DNA of 64,000 bases from an uncultured Gammaproteobacteria bacterium (lineage in GTDB: Bacteria; Pseudomonadota; Gammaproteobacteria; Steroidobacterales; GCA-2729495), in NCBI GenBank assembly GCA_963790015.1, contig CAWBMW010000017.1:14252-78251 (forward strand). Reading direction: 5' to 3'. The notes beneath the pieces were generated by a model. That model saw only the letters and a list, made by a program, of their open reading frames with translations. It made no database searches and had not been told where the DNA came from. Below are positions 9,151 to 18,848 of this stretch, piece by piece. Made by a program: the position numbers and the translations under genes. Within the stretch, counting starts at the first letter, position 1, and each line of letters begins with the position of its first letter.

Positions 9151-9834
9151 ATGATCACGGACCCCGCCGGGGCCATCACGCTCGTCGCTTTCTGCCGGCG
9201 CCCGGCGCCCGGCGTGGGCAAGCGCCGGCTGGCCCCGGAACTCGGTGACGCGGCCACGCTGACGATCAGCGAACTGCTGCTGGCCACCACGCTGGAAGAC
9301 CTGGCCGCGTGGCCCGGACCGCGGGTCGTGGCACCGGCGGACCCGGCCGACGAACCCTGGGCACGGTCGCTGCCCGTGGCACTCGACGACGTGGTGGCGC
9401 AACCTGACGGCAATCTCGGTGACCGGCTCGGCGCCGTGGACCGCCTCCTGCGCCAGCGGGGTCACGCCCGGCTCCTCTACATCGGCAGCGATGCGCCCGT
9501 GCTGGCGGCAGCAGATTATGGTGAGGCCGCCAGGGCGCTCGGCACCCACGACGTGGTGCTGGGGCCCGCCCTCGATGGCGGGGTCACGTGCATGGGCAGC
9601 CGCAGGGCCTGGCCCGATCTCAACCGGCTGCCGTGGAGCGGCGAGCAGCTGCACCGCGCACTGCAGGCCAGTTGCGAGTCTGCGGGCCTCACGGTGCGCA
9701 ACCTGGCGCCACGTTATGACGTGGACGTCCCCGGCGATCTGCGCCGGCTGTGCAGTGATCTGGCGACCGATGCGCGGCCTGCGCGGCGCGCCCTGTACCG
9801 GGTGCTTGCCAGTCTGGGATACTCCCGCGCATGA
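9151..9834 (+). CDS. DUF2064 / TIGR04282-like nucleotidyl-transferase-fold protein (rSAM/selenodomain-associated transferase 1 type)
   Basis: LVAFCRRPAPGVGKRRLA...LLYIGSDAPVL...VLGPALDGGVTCMG is typical of DUF2064. Overlaps the next gene by 4 nt. Confidence 0.75.
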   Translation: MITDPAGAITLVAFCRRPAPGVGKRRLAPELGDAATLTISELLLATTLEDLAAWPGPRVVAPADPADEPWARSLPVALDDVVAQPDGNLGDRLGAVDRLLRQRGHARLLYIGSDAPVLAAADYGEAARALGTHDVVLGPALDGGVTCMGSRRAWPDLNRLPWSGEQLHRALQASCESAGLTVRNLAPRYDVDVPGDLRRLCSDLATDARPARRALYRVLASLGYSRA

Positions 9835-10631
9835 GCGCTGCCGCCGGCAATATCACGAACCTGTTCGCGCCGGACGCGGCCGTGCGCGTCGGCGGCGACC
9901 CGTCGTCGCCCGCCGTCAGCGTCGTGATTCCCGTCATCGGCGACAACGAGATGCTCACGCGGCTGCTCGACCGCCTGCGCAGTCTGCCGGCGCCCCCTGA
10001 CGAGATCGTGATCGTCGATGGCGGCTCCAGTGCCGGGTGCCGCAGCCTTGCCCGTCGCTTCCGTTGCGTGTACGTCGGCACGCGGGCGGGACGCGGCCAC
10101 CAGCTGCACGCGGGCGCCCTCCGCGCTTCCGGCGACGTGCTCTGGTTCCTGCACGCCGACGCCGAGCCCCCCGTGGACGGGGTGACGCTGATCCGCAGCC
10201 GGCATCTCGCCGGAGCAGCGGGCGGCTTCTTCACCTTCCGCTTCGCGGGCGAGACCACCTGGTACAAGCGCGTGCTGGCCCACCTGATCAACTGGCGCAC
10301 CCGGTTCGGCACGCCCTACGGCGACCAGGGGCTGTTCTGCGGCCGCGCCACCTACGATGCCGTCGGCGGCTTCGCGGACACGCCGCTGTTCGAGGAAGTG
10401 CCGCTGGTACGGGCACTGCGCCGGCGGGGCGCGTTCACGCGGCTCGGCGCGGCCATCGGCGTCTCGCCACGGCGCTGGGAGCGGGACGGCTGGCTCTGGC
10501 GGAGCGCGGGCAATCGCCTCCTCGCGCTCGCCTACCTGGCGGGTGTGCCGCCCCGCAGGCTGGCCCGCCGCTACCAGCCGCTGGGACCGACGGAACTGGC
10601 GGAACTGGCAGAACCGGACCCCGAACCGTGA
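9831..10631 (+). CDS. family-2 glycosyltransferase, TIGR04283-like (rSAM/selenodomain-associated transferase 2 type)
   Basis: VSVVIPVIGDNE...EIVIVDGGSSAG...VLWFLHADAEPP...PYGDQGLFC...RRWERDGW. Confidence 0.75.
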   Translation: MSAAAGNITNLFAPDAAVRVGGDPSSPAVSVVIPVIGDNEMLTRLLDRLRSLPAPPDEIVIVDGGSSAGCRSLARRFRCVYVGTRAGRGHQLHAGALRASGDVLWFLHADAEPPVDGVTLIRSRHLAGAAGGFFTFRFAGETTWYKRVLAHLINWRTRFGTPYGDQGLFCGRATYDAVGGFADTPLFEEVPLVRALRRRGAFTRLGAAIGVSPRRWERDGWLWRSAGNRLLALAYLAGVPPRRLARRYQPLGPTELAELAEPDPEP

Positions 10632-11544
10632 TGACGCCGGTTCCGGCGACGGCGCCGGTCCCATCGTCTGCCGCCGACGGCACGGGCTGGATCCAGCCCC
10701 ACGCGCTGGACGAGCTGTGGTTCCACACCGGCACGGCCTGCAACCTGGACTGCCCGTTCTGCCTGGAGGGCTCGCGCCCCGGTGACGCCCGCCTCCAGCG
10801 CATCACGCTCGCCGACGTGCGGCCACTGATCGACGCCGCGGTGGGACTCAACGTCCGCCAGTTCTCCTTCACCGGCGGCGAGCCCTTCGTGGTGAAGGAC
10901 ATGGTCGCCATCCTGGAGTACGCCGCCGGCTTCCGGCCGTGCCTCGTCCTGACCAATGGCACTGCCCCGGTCGTGCGCCGGCTCACGCAGATCCGCAAGC
11001 TCGCCGGCACGGCGCATCCGATCGCCTTCCGGATCAGCATCGATTTCGCCGACGAGGCGCGGCACGATGCCGGCCGCGGGGCCGGCAATTTCCGCCTCGC
11101 GCTCCAGGGCCTGCGCGCGCTGCACAAGGCGGGGTTCGGCGTGTCGCTGGCCCGGCAGGTGCAGCCCGGCCGCGACGAGCCGGAGGTGGACCGCGAATTC
11201 CGGCAATTGCTGGTCGCGGAGGGATTGCCAGCCGGCCTGCGCATCGTGTCGTTCCCCGACTTCGGCATTCCCGGCGAGCAACGCCAGGTGCCGCGGATCA
11301 CGGCAGACTGCATGACGCGCTTCCAGACCGAGGCAACCCGCCGCGCCTTCATGTGCGCGTTCAGCAAGATGGCCGTCAAGCAGGGGGCCGGATGCGGATC
11401 TATGCGTGCACGCTGGTGGACGATGATCCCCGCTACGACCAGGGCGACTCTCTGGCGGACGCCCTCCGCGCCCGGGTGCTGCTCGAGCATCATCGTTGCT
11501 ACAGTTGCTTCAGGTACGGTTCCTCCTGCAGCGAATTGGGGTAG
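10631..11544 (+). CDS. radical SAM protein with Cys-rich C-terminal domain; one frameshift at the G-run 11383-11387
   Basis: CNLDCPFC (CxxxCxxC) near the N-terminus and an FTGGEPF SAM motif. The C-terminus ...RMRIYACTLVDDDPRYDQGDSL...HHRCYSCFRYGSSCSELG is in the +1 frame. The ATG overlaps the GT2 stop. Confidence 0.8.
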
Positions 11545-11547
11545 CGG

Positions 11548-12017
11548 ATGCTCGTGATCGATCCAGCCTGGGCCGGCAAGGTCCAGTTCTACGAGTTGCT
11601 CTTCGGCACCTGGACCGCCTACATCTTCCTGGTGCTCCTGTGGGAGAAGGTGCTGCGCGCGCCGCTGGCCGAGTGGCGCTACGTGCTGATGAACTTCATG
11701 GGCGCCGGCGCGTTCTGGATCAACCACTACTTCCAGAAGGCGCCCTTCTGGCTCACGATGCTGAACACTCTACACCGTGATCTACCTGCTGGTGTGGTGG
11801 TGGGTCGGTGTGAAGGGCCAGCCCCGCCCGGTGGCCTGGAAAGTTGGCGCCACGCTCTCCGCGCTGCGTCTACACGGTGGCCTTCATCAGCTTCGAGCAG
11901 CTCTCCCGCTTCGGGGTCGAGCACTACGGCGTGAACGAGTTCTGGTTCATGGCCGCCAGCTTCTTCGGCTTCATCGGCGTGATCCTCTGGCGCGGTCGGC
12001 GGCACGGCCTGACGTAG
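11548..12017 (+). CDS. small polytopic membrane protein of unknown function; two frame breaks (~11770, ~11865)
   Basis: The pieces MLVIDPAWAGKVQFYELLFGTWTAYIFLVLLW..., ...VIYLLVWWWVGVKG... and ...FWFMAASFFGFIGVILWRGRRHGLT lie in three frames. The TAG stop is inside a REP. Confidence 0.5.
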
Positions 12018-12107
12018 GAGCGCCTTCAGGCGCGACCGGGTATTTCCCGGCAGGCGCGTCTGCGCGCCTGAGGCGAAATACCCGGTCGCGCCTGAAGGCG
12101 CTCCTAC
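12014..12107. repeat. GTAG-type REP, composite 94-bp hairpin between convergent genes
   Basis: GTAGGAGCGCCTTCAGGCGCGACCGGGTATTTCCC...GAAATACCCGGTCGCGCCTGAAGGCGCTCCTAC. Confidence 0.9.
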
Positions 12108-13055
12108 GCCGGGAAGAAGTCGATGGGCTTGGTGGTCGTGACGGCCGGCACGTCCTTCGACAGGAACGTGAACATGCGGATGCGCTGGACCAGCTTCTTC
12201 TCCAGCTCCTCGTCGCCCAGCTCGCTGGACACGACCTCGCACCGCCGACACCTGGCCCGACGGCTCGATCGTCAGCTTCAGCACCAGCTTGCCCTGCAAC
12301 GCGGGGTTGGCGCGGAGCGCGCGGTTGTAGAGCGCGTAGATCGCGCCCTTGTTCTGGTCGAAGACCATCTCGATTTCTTCGCGGCTGCGCCCCGCCTTGC
12401 CCGTGGACGACGCCGGCGCGTCCGGCCCACTGGCGATGCTGGCCACGGCGCTCTGCACCTGGGTCGTGCCGCGCGAGTTCAGGCCGGCGCCGCCGGTGTT
12501 GCGGCTCATGGCCGCGGTGTTGATGCCACCGCTGCCCTTGCCGACCCGCGACGTCAGCAGGGACCGCTCGTTGCGCGTCGCCTCGCCCACCGCGCCCGTC
12601 ACCGCCTGCGCACCGGCAATCTCGGTGACCGCCTTGTCATCACGCAGGTCGGCCAGATCGTCGGCGAAGGCCAGCAGCCCGGACTTCTGCGCCTTTTCCC
12701 GCGCGAGCTTCCGCCGGTCCACCGGCACGGGCTCGGGCTTGACCTCCGCCTTCGGCACGGGCTTCGGCTCGACCTTCTCCACCTTGGGTTCGGGCTTTGG
12801 CTCGACGACCGGCTCCACCTTCGGCGGCGGCACCGGCTTCGGCTGCTCGACGATCAGCTGCACCACCCGGTCCGGAATCTCCGGCGGGCGGGTCAGGTCC
12901 CGCTCGGGGACCGGCATCAGGGGAATCAGGACGCCGAAGACCAGGTAGGCAATGAAGCAGTTGCGGAGGATCTTCCGGAACCGCTCCTCCGACTCTGCGC
13001 CCGGCGACCAGGGCAGTTCGTAGAGCCGGTAGTAGGGCAGCGCGGCCGTGCTCAT
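12104..13055 (-). CDS. tonB: TonB-family energy transducer (N-terminal TM, Pro/Lys/Glu-rich spacer, TonB_C); one frameshift ~12245
   Basis: FIAYLVFGVLIPL TM and a PKPVPPPKVEPVVEPKPEPKVEKVEPKPVPK spacer. The C-terminus ...GKLVLKLTIEPSGQVS / CEVVSSELGDEELEKKLVQRIRMFTF spans two frames. Confidence 0.8.
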
Positions 13056-13579
13056 GCGGTGGCTCCCGCCGCGGACGGCGCGGCCCGCTCCTTCTCGAAC
13101 ACCGCCAGCGACACCTTGCCGAAGTCGGCGTCGGTGCAGGTGGCCATGACCTTCTTCAGCACGGCGTAGGGCGTGCTCTTGTCGCCCATGATCGTGACCT
13201 CACGGCTCGCCACCTCCGCGTCGCTGCCGCTGGCGGCTGCCTGCAGCACCCGGCTGCTCTGCTGGCCGAGGGCCGCCTTGAGGGCGGGAATCACGTTGCC
13301 CTCGGTGGCCTTGATCTCGTCCAGGGTGGCCACGGGCTTGCCGTCGACGAAGAGCGTGTCCCGCGTCAGCATCACGACGAGCGCTTCCCGGGGCTTCAGC
13401 TCCGAGACCGACTGGGGAATGGAGATGTTCTTCGTGTTGGGCAGGATCTCCACGTCAGCCGTGTGCAGCAGGAGGAACACCACCAGGATCGTCAGCATGT
13501 CGATGAACGGCACCAGAGCCAGGTGACCGTCCGGCTTGCGGTTGCGCTCGTGACGACGCTTGAGTCGGGTCGGTGTCAT
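13052..13579 (-). CDS. exbD: ExbD/TolR-family biopolymer transport protein
   Basis: LVPFIDMLTILVVFLL motif, intact. ATGA overlaps on both sides. Confidence 0.9.
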   Translation of the reverse strand: MTPTRLKRRHERNRKPDGHLALVPFIDMLTILVVFLLLHTADVEILPNTKNISIPQSVSELKPREALVVMLTRDTLFVDGKPVATLDEIKATEGNVIPALKAALGQQSSRVLQAAASGSDAEVASREVTIMGDKSTPYAVLKKVMATCTDADFGKVSLAVFEKERAAPSAAGATA

Positions 13580-14110
13580 GTCGGCGCATCCCCCACGGAG
13601 ATCTCGGGAAAGAGTTCAGCCTGTATCGGGCCCGCGCCAGCGGCGCCCGCCTGCCCCGGCGAGGCCGGAAGGACGCGAACCCGGACCGTGTCCATCACCT
13701 GCACCAGCACGTCGTAGGAGATGTCCGGCCCCATCAGGATGGTGGCCGCCTGGTTGTCCGGAAACTTGGCCTTCACGCGCTCCAGGTAGCTGCCGAGCTC
13801 GGACCAGGTCGTAGCCCGTCGCCGTGTTGGGCAGGCTCTGCAGCACGCCGGTGGCCCGGTCCGCCACGTCGATCGAGCCGTCGCGGACGATCACCTCCAG
13901 CTGGAGACCCTCGGGCAGGTCCGGCACGCCGGCCGTGCTGCTCGGCAGGTTCAGCTCGAGGACGTTCGTCTTCGAGAAGACCGCCGTGAAGATCAGGAAG
14001 AACACGAGGATGACCATCATGTCGATCATCGGCACCATGTTCAGGTCATGCCTGCCGCGCAGGCGGGCATGGTGCCGCTGCACGCGGCGGACGCTCTTGG
14101 AGGCTTTCAT
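13576..14110 (-). CDS. exbD: ExbD/TolR-family protein (second copy); one frameshift ~13800
   Basis: LNMVPMIDMMVILVFFLIF. The C-terminal part AKFPDNQAATILMGPDISYDVLVQVMDTV is in another frame. Confidence 0.85.
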
Positions 14111-14138
14111 GGCTTCACGCCTTCCCTGGCAGCGCTGT

Positions 14139-14826
14139 TCAGGCGAGGCCCCGGGCGGTGGCGGGAGCCGGCGCCGGGCGGCAGGGCCTGGGCGGCTGGC
14201 GCTGGCGCCGCGGCGCGCGCTCCGTGACCGCGTTCAGGAACTTGAGCGCGGCGATCTCCAGGCTGTCGATCAGGCCGCGTGGTCTTGGCCTCCAGGAACA
14301 TGTGGGCCATCAGCAGGGTGATGGCCACGATCAGGCCGCCCGCCGTGTTGTTCATGGCGACCGAGATGCTGGCCGCGAGCAGGCTGGCCTTCTCGGCCGG
14401 GTTGGCCGTGGCGATCGCGCCGAAGGCCGCGATCAGGCCGACCACCGTGCCCAGCAGGCCGATGCAGCATGCCCACGTTGGCGAGCGACGACAGGTAGTG
14501 CGTGCGCTTCTCCAGCTTGCGGAATGATCTCGAGGAGGCTCTCCTCCATCGCCTTCTCGAGGTCATCCCGCCGGTGGGTGACCTTGCGTGCGCGCCAGGC
14601 CGTAGCTCAGCACCGTGCCGAGGGCGGTGCCCGACTTGGCGGCCACGTTGGCGGCCTCGGTGAAGTTGCCCGCCTTGAGGCAGGGGGTGATCTTCTCCCA
14701 GAGCTGCCGGTTCGAGATGCTGGCCTTGGTCAGCACCACGAAGCGCTCGATCGCGATGGCGATGCCCACCACGAACAGGGCCGCCATGAAGTACAGGAAG
14801 ATCCCGCCCTCCTGGAAGAAATTCAC
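14139..14826 (-). CDS. exbB: MotA/TolQ/ExbB-family proton channel; at least 3 frame breaks (~14575, ~14465, ~14285)
   Basis: The pieces MNFFQEGGIFLYFMAALFVVGIAIAIERF, KLEKRTHYLSSLANVGML, LLGTVVGLIAAFGAI...AMNNTAGGLIVAITLLMAHMFL and GLIDSLEIAALKFLN are spread over three frames. Confidence 0.85.
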
Positions 14827-14919
14827 GATCGAGTGTGTACGCGTCCATGATCTTCAGTACCTCCAGCCCAGAATTGGTGATCGCACAGTTGCCGTCGGCG
14901 ATTCCCGCCGGCCCGGTAG

Positions 14920-15387
14920 TCAGTCCTTGAGTGCAGTGCCCGTTGCGCCCACCGGAGGGTCCCCACCCGCCGGCCTCCCCGCCAGAGTGCCCGCCCCATA
15001 CAATTGACTGAAATAGCGCGTTTGTCGGCGAAACACTTCACGGTCTACGGGGGCCAGGGCCTCCTCGACCAGGCTGTTGACCGGCCGCCCGGCCAGTTCC
15101 GCCATCGCCGGGTCCTTCCAGGGAACGATGTAGAGCACCTTCGGCAGCTCCTGGTTGCCGCGGATGGCCGTGGCGTCCAGGTTGAGCGGGCCGGGCGGCG
15201 GCTGCCGCGGCTCCACCGCCGTCACCGCGGCGCGCTTCACCGCCGGCGGCTGCTCGGGGTTCAGGGGTTCCTGCGCGCGCACGCCGCAGGCGAGGGACAG
15301 GCCCAGCAGGGCCATCCGGGCGCGCGCCAGCGCCGACGTCTTCAGCGCCTGCAGGCACGGCAGCAGCGCGGCGGGGAGCAGGCTCAT
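14920..15387 (-). CDS. periplasmic protein of unknown function in the TonB/TPR operon
   Basis: Signal peptide MSLLPAALL...MALLGLSLACGVRAQEP and a conserved-looking LPKVLYIVPWKDP. The ATGA overlaps the upstream TPR gene. Confidence 0.5.
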   Translation of the reverse strand: MSLLPAALLPCLQALKTSALARARMALLGLSLACGVRAQEPLNPEQPPAVKRAAVTAVEPRQPPPGPLNLDATAIRGNQELPKVLYIVPWKDPAMAELAGRPVNSLVEEALAPVDREVFRRQTRYFSQLYGAGTLAGRPAGGDPPVGATGTALKD

Positions 15388-15997
15388 GGGGTCCCCTCCG
15401 TCCGGGCCGTCTTGGCCGTGGTGCCCACGCGGCGGCGCAGGTCGGCCACCCACTTCTCCACGTCCGCACTCGCGCCCTCCTCGCCGCCCACCTGCAGGTA
15501 GCGCTCGTAGTTCTGCAGGGCCAGCTCAGGCCGCGGCAGGTAGAGCTCGTAGAGCACGGCCAGGTTGTAGTAGGCCGGCGCGTAGTCCGGCTGGAGTTCG
15601 ATCGCCCGCAGGTAGGCCTGCTCCGCGTCGGCGAAGCGGCCCTGCCGGCGGCCCAGCACGCCCAGTTCGTTCCACGCGGGACCGCAACTGCTGCAGACCC
15701 GCGGTGGCGCGCTGGAAGCAGTCGGCCGCGGCCGCCTCGTCGCCGGCGCGGGCCCTGGCGAGCCCGAGGGTCAGGAGCGGGCCGGCCAGGTCGGGGTGCG
15801 CGGCGCTGAAGCTTCTCGAGATCGGCTAGAGCGGTGGCGTCGGTGGACTGGAGGCGGGACGAGCAGACCGTCGTAGGCGCGACTGGAGCTCGGGGGATGG
15901 GGCTTCGGCGGTCGCGGCTGAAGCCGCTCCTACGGGAGCTTGTGCCAACGGTGGCGCAGCCGGCGAGTGCGCCGAGCGCCAACGCCAGCAGCACCAC
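15384..15997 (-). CDS. TPR-repeat lipoprotein; at least 2 frame breaks (~15805, ~15690); contains a REP arm in its coding sequence
   Basis: Lipobox MVLLALALGALAGC. TPR units are HPDLAGPLLTLGLARARAGDEAAAADCFQRA and AWNELGVLGRRQGRFADAEQAYLRAIELQPDYAPAYYNLAVLY. Confidence 0.7.
15911..15933. repeat. GTAG-type REP, single arm (inside the TPR lipoprotein ORF)
   Basis: GTCGCGGCTGAAGCCGCTCCTAC. Confidence 0.7.
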
Positions 15998-16009
15998 GCC
16001 AGGTTCAGG

Positions 16010-18848
16010 TCAGTCCAGCCGGGCCGCAACATCCTCGCTCCTCTCGGTACGGGCATAGCGGGCCGGCGACATCACGCTGAGACGCGCGAAGCTGGCCCGC
16101 ACCCACTCGTCGTACACACCATCCGTCGACCCGGTCCGCGTTCACGCGGAACAGTTCGATCGCCTTCTCCTCGAACGGGAAGGCCTGCTCCTCGAGCAGC
16201 AGCGCGTATTCCTCCTGCTCGTCGCTGGTCAGGTCCGCGGGCCGCTCCGAGGCCAGCAGGTCGCGGCTCAGCTGGTAGTAGAGTTCCGCGGTCTCGAAGG
16301 TGGCCGCCGTCGTCACCGGGGCCACGCCGTAGTCGGCGGCGGCGCCATAGGCGAGCAGGGCCTCCTCCATGCGCGTCTTCTTGAGCTTCAGGCTCCGGTC
16401 CAGGGGCGCCGTGAGGCTCGCGGCCAGGAAGGCGTCGCGCTTCGGCCGGGCCAGCTCGATGGCGGCGGTCGCGGCGAGGAACCGGCTGCGGTCGGTGCGT
16501 GCGGCGCCGCCGGCGGCGTCCGCCGCGACGATGGCCTCCAGCCAGCGCTTGCGGGCCTGCCAGTCAGCGTCGGCGGCAGCGATGGATGCGAGCTTGTAGC
16601 GCGCCTCCAGCGCCTCGGCGGGCGGCGCGGGAAAGCGCGTCACGATGGCCTCGTAGAGTCGTGCCTCGTTCGCCGGCTGGCCGGCGGCGGCGTAGAGCTC
16701 GGCGGCCTGCCAGAGTGCCGCGCGCTGGACCTCGGCCGTCCCGTCGGTCGCGGCGATGCGCTCGTATTCGCCGGCGGCGTCGGCCGGCCGGCCGTCTTCC
16801 CTGAACGCGACGGCGAGCTTGGCGGTGACGTCGCCGTTGAATTTGTGCGCCGGGAATTCCCGGCGGAAGCGCAGCAGCAGGTCCGTTGCCTGGCCCCAGC
16901 GCTGGCTGGTCAGCAACAGCGTGGCGGCGTCGAACAGCGCGGTCGGCCGGATGTCCGCGTCCGGTGTCGCGTCGGCGATGCGCAGGAAGTTGGCCACCGC
17001 GGCATCGACGTCGCCACTGGCCTGGGCCGACTCGGCCTGCCGGTAGATCGACGCGGCCACGCGCCCCTCCACTTCCTTGCGCTGCTCCGGCGGCAGGTTG
17101 TAGGCGCGCAGCCGCTGGTAGGAGCTCTCGGCGTCCACGAAACGGCCCAGGTCGAACTGGGCGTGGGCCAGCACGGTCCACGCGACCCGCTCCAGCTCCG
17201 GCGTGGCCGGCGGCTGGAGCGTGACGACGAGCCCGGCCACCTGGATGGCCCGGTCGAGCTGGCCCGCCTTGAACAGCTCCTCCGCGACGTTGGTCAGCAC
17301 GGCGCCGGCCTGAGGGTGCGCCGGATAGGTCGCCGCAAACTGCAGGGAGTAGCCGATCTGCTGCTCGTGCCACGCGGCGAGCGCGTCGGCGGTCAGCTGC
17401 TTCTCGTGCTCGCGGGACGCGAGCAGCGCCGCGTAGCCCGCCTCGGCCGCGTGCTCGTGGCTGCCGTAGTCGTAGGCGGAGCGCACGTAGGCATCCCGGG
17501 CCTCGGCGAAGTTCCGGGACTCGAAGAGCAGTTCACCCAGCAGGAAGCTGCGTTCGGCGGACTCCGGGTCCTCCGGGAAATACGCGAGGAAGCGGCGGTA
17601 CCACCCGGCGGCGCGTTCGTAGTCGGCGGGCAGCCTGCTCTTCTGGGCCTCGGCATGGTCGTACGCTGCCAGGTCCGTCAGGTGCGTCTTGAGGGACGCC
17701 ACCACGGTCGCGTAGTCGGCCTGCTGGCGCGTGGCCCAGAACGGCGTGTCGAGCCCGTAGGTCTCCACGTACTCGCGCTTGGCCTCCAGCACCAGGCTGG
17801 GGAACTTGCCCAGCGTGTAGGCCTCGATGGCGGCCTGCTGCAGGCGGGGCGCCTCGTCGTTCACCGGATCGTGGGCGACGAAGGCCTGGTAGGTTTCGGC
17901 CGCGTCCCGGAACCGTTCCTTCTCCAGGTACAGGTCGCCGAGGGCGTCGTAGAGCAGGTAGGTCCAGGCCGGCTCGGGGCCGGACGCCAGCGACACGGGA
18001 ATCGACGCGGCGCCGTCCAGGTACGAGTAGGTGATGCTCGTGACCCGCAGCGTGTCGTCGAGCAGCTCCCGTTCCGGACGGCTCATGCCGTCGACCAGCG
18101 CTGCGGGGCGGGCGCCGCCGGGACCGAGCTTCCGGTCCAGGAGCTGGAGGAAGGAGCGCAGCCCCTCCTCGTTGCGGCCCTGCTTGAAGAGCGCCCAGCC
18201 GTGCTTGTACAGGGACTGCTCGTAGAAGGGCGACGAGTCGCCCCGGGCCAGCACCGCCGCGTAGGCCTGCTCCGCCGCCGTGTAATTCTGCCGGACGAAG
18301 TAGGTTTCCCCGCGCCGGAATTCCGCCTCGTCCTGGTGCTTCGCGGCCGGGTGGCTCGCCACCAGCGTGTCGAGCGTGCGGAGGGCATCGTCGCCCTGGC
18401 CCGCGCCCTCCATCGCCCGGGACAACTGGTAGAGCACCTCGGCGTCGTCGCCGGCGCTGCCGGCCCCGCCCGCGCGGCGCAGTTCGAGGAGCTCGGTGTA
18501 CAGGGTGATGGCCTCGGCGAAGTAGGCGGCGCCGGCGCCAGCCGATTCGCCCTCGCTCTCGGCGTTCACGCCCGCATCCAGGTTCAGGTCGGCGAGACGG
18601 CGCAACGCCTCGGCGCGCATGTCCGCGGACCCGGTCTGCAGCGCCAGGAAGCGGCGGTACTGGTCCATGGCCTGGGCCGCGCTGTCCACCACCGGAGGCT
18701 CGGCGTTGACCTGCACGTCCTGGGACTTGAGGGTGCGGATGGTCGCGCGGGACGCGCCCCGCTCCTTCGCGGCCCCGTCACTGCCGCCGAAGGGCCACAC
18801 ACCGCCCGCGAGGGCGATGCCGACGCACAGTGCCGCCGCGGGCATCAT
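16010..18848 (-). CDS. large (~945 aa) periplasmic TPR-repeat protein; frameshift ~16125
   Basis: The start MMPAAALCVGIALAGG overlaps the stop of the upstream gene. Helical TPR-like repeats run throughout. The true C-terminus DGVYDEWVRASFARLSVMSPARYARTERSEDVAARLD is in the -1 frame. The track ORF N-terminal extension to 19499 is spurious. Confidence 0.8.

Noticed and set aside
10631-11544. Frame change in the radical SAM gene as programmed frameshifting or selenocysteine recoding (the family is 'selenodomain-associated')
   Set aside because: The break is a one-base deficit in a G5 run with no in-frame TGA at the junction. Identical-looking breaks occur in dozens of unrelated genes.
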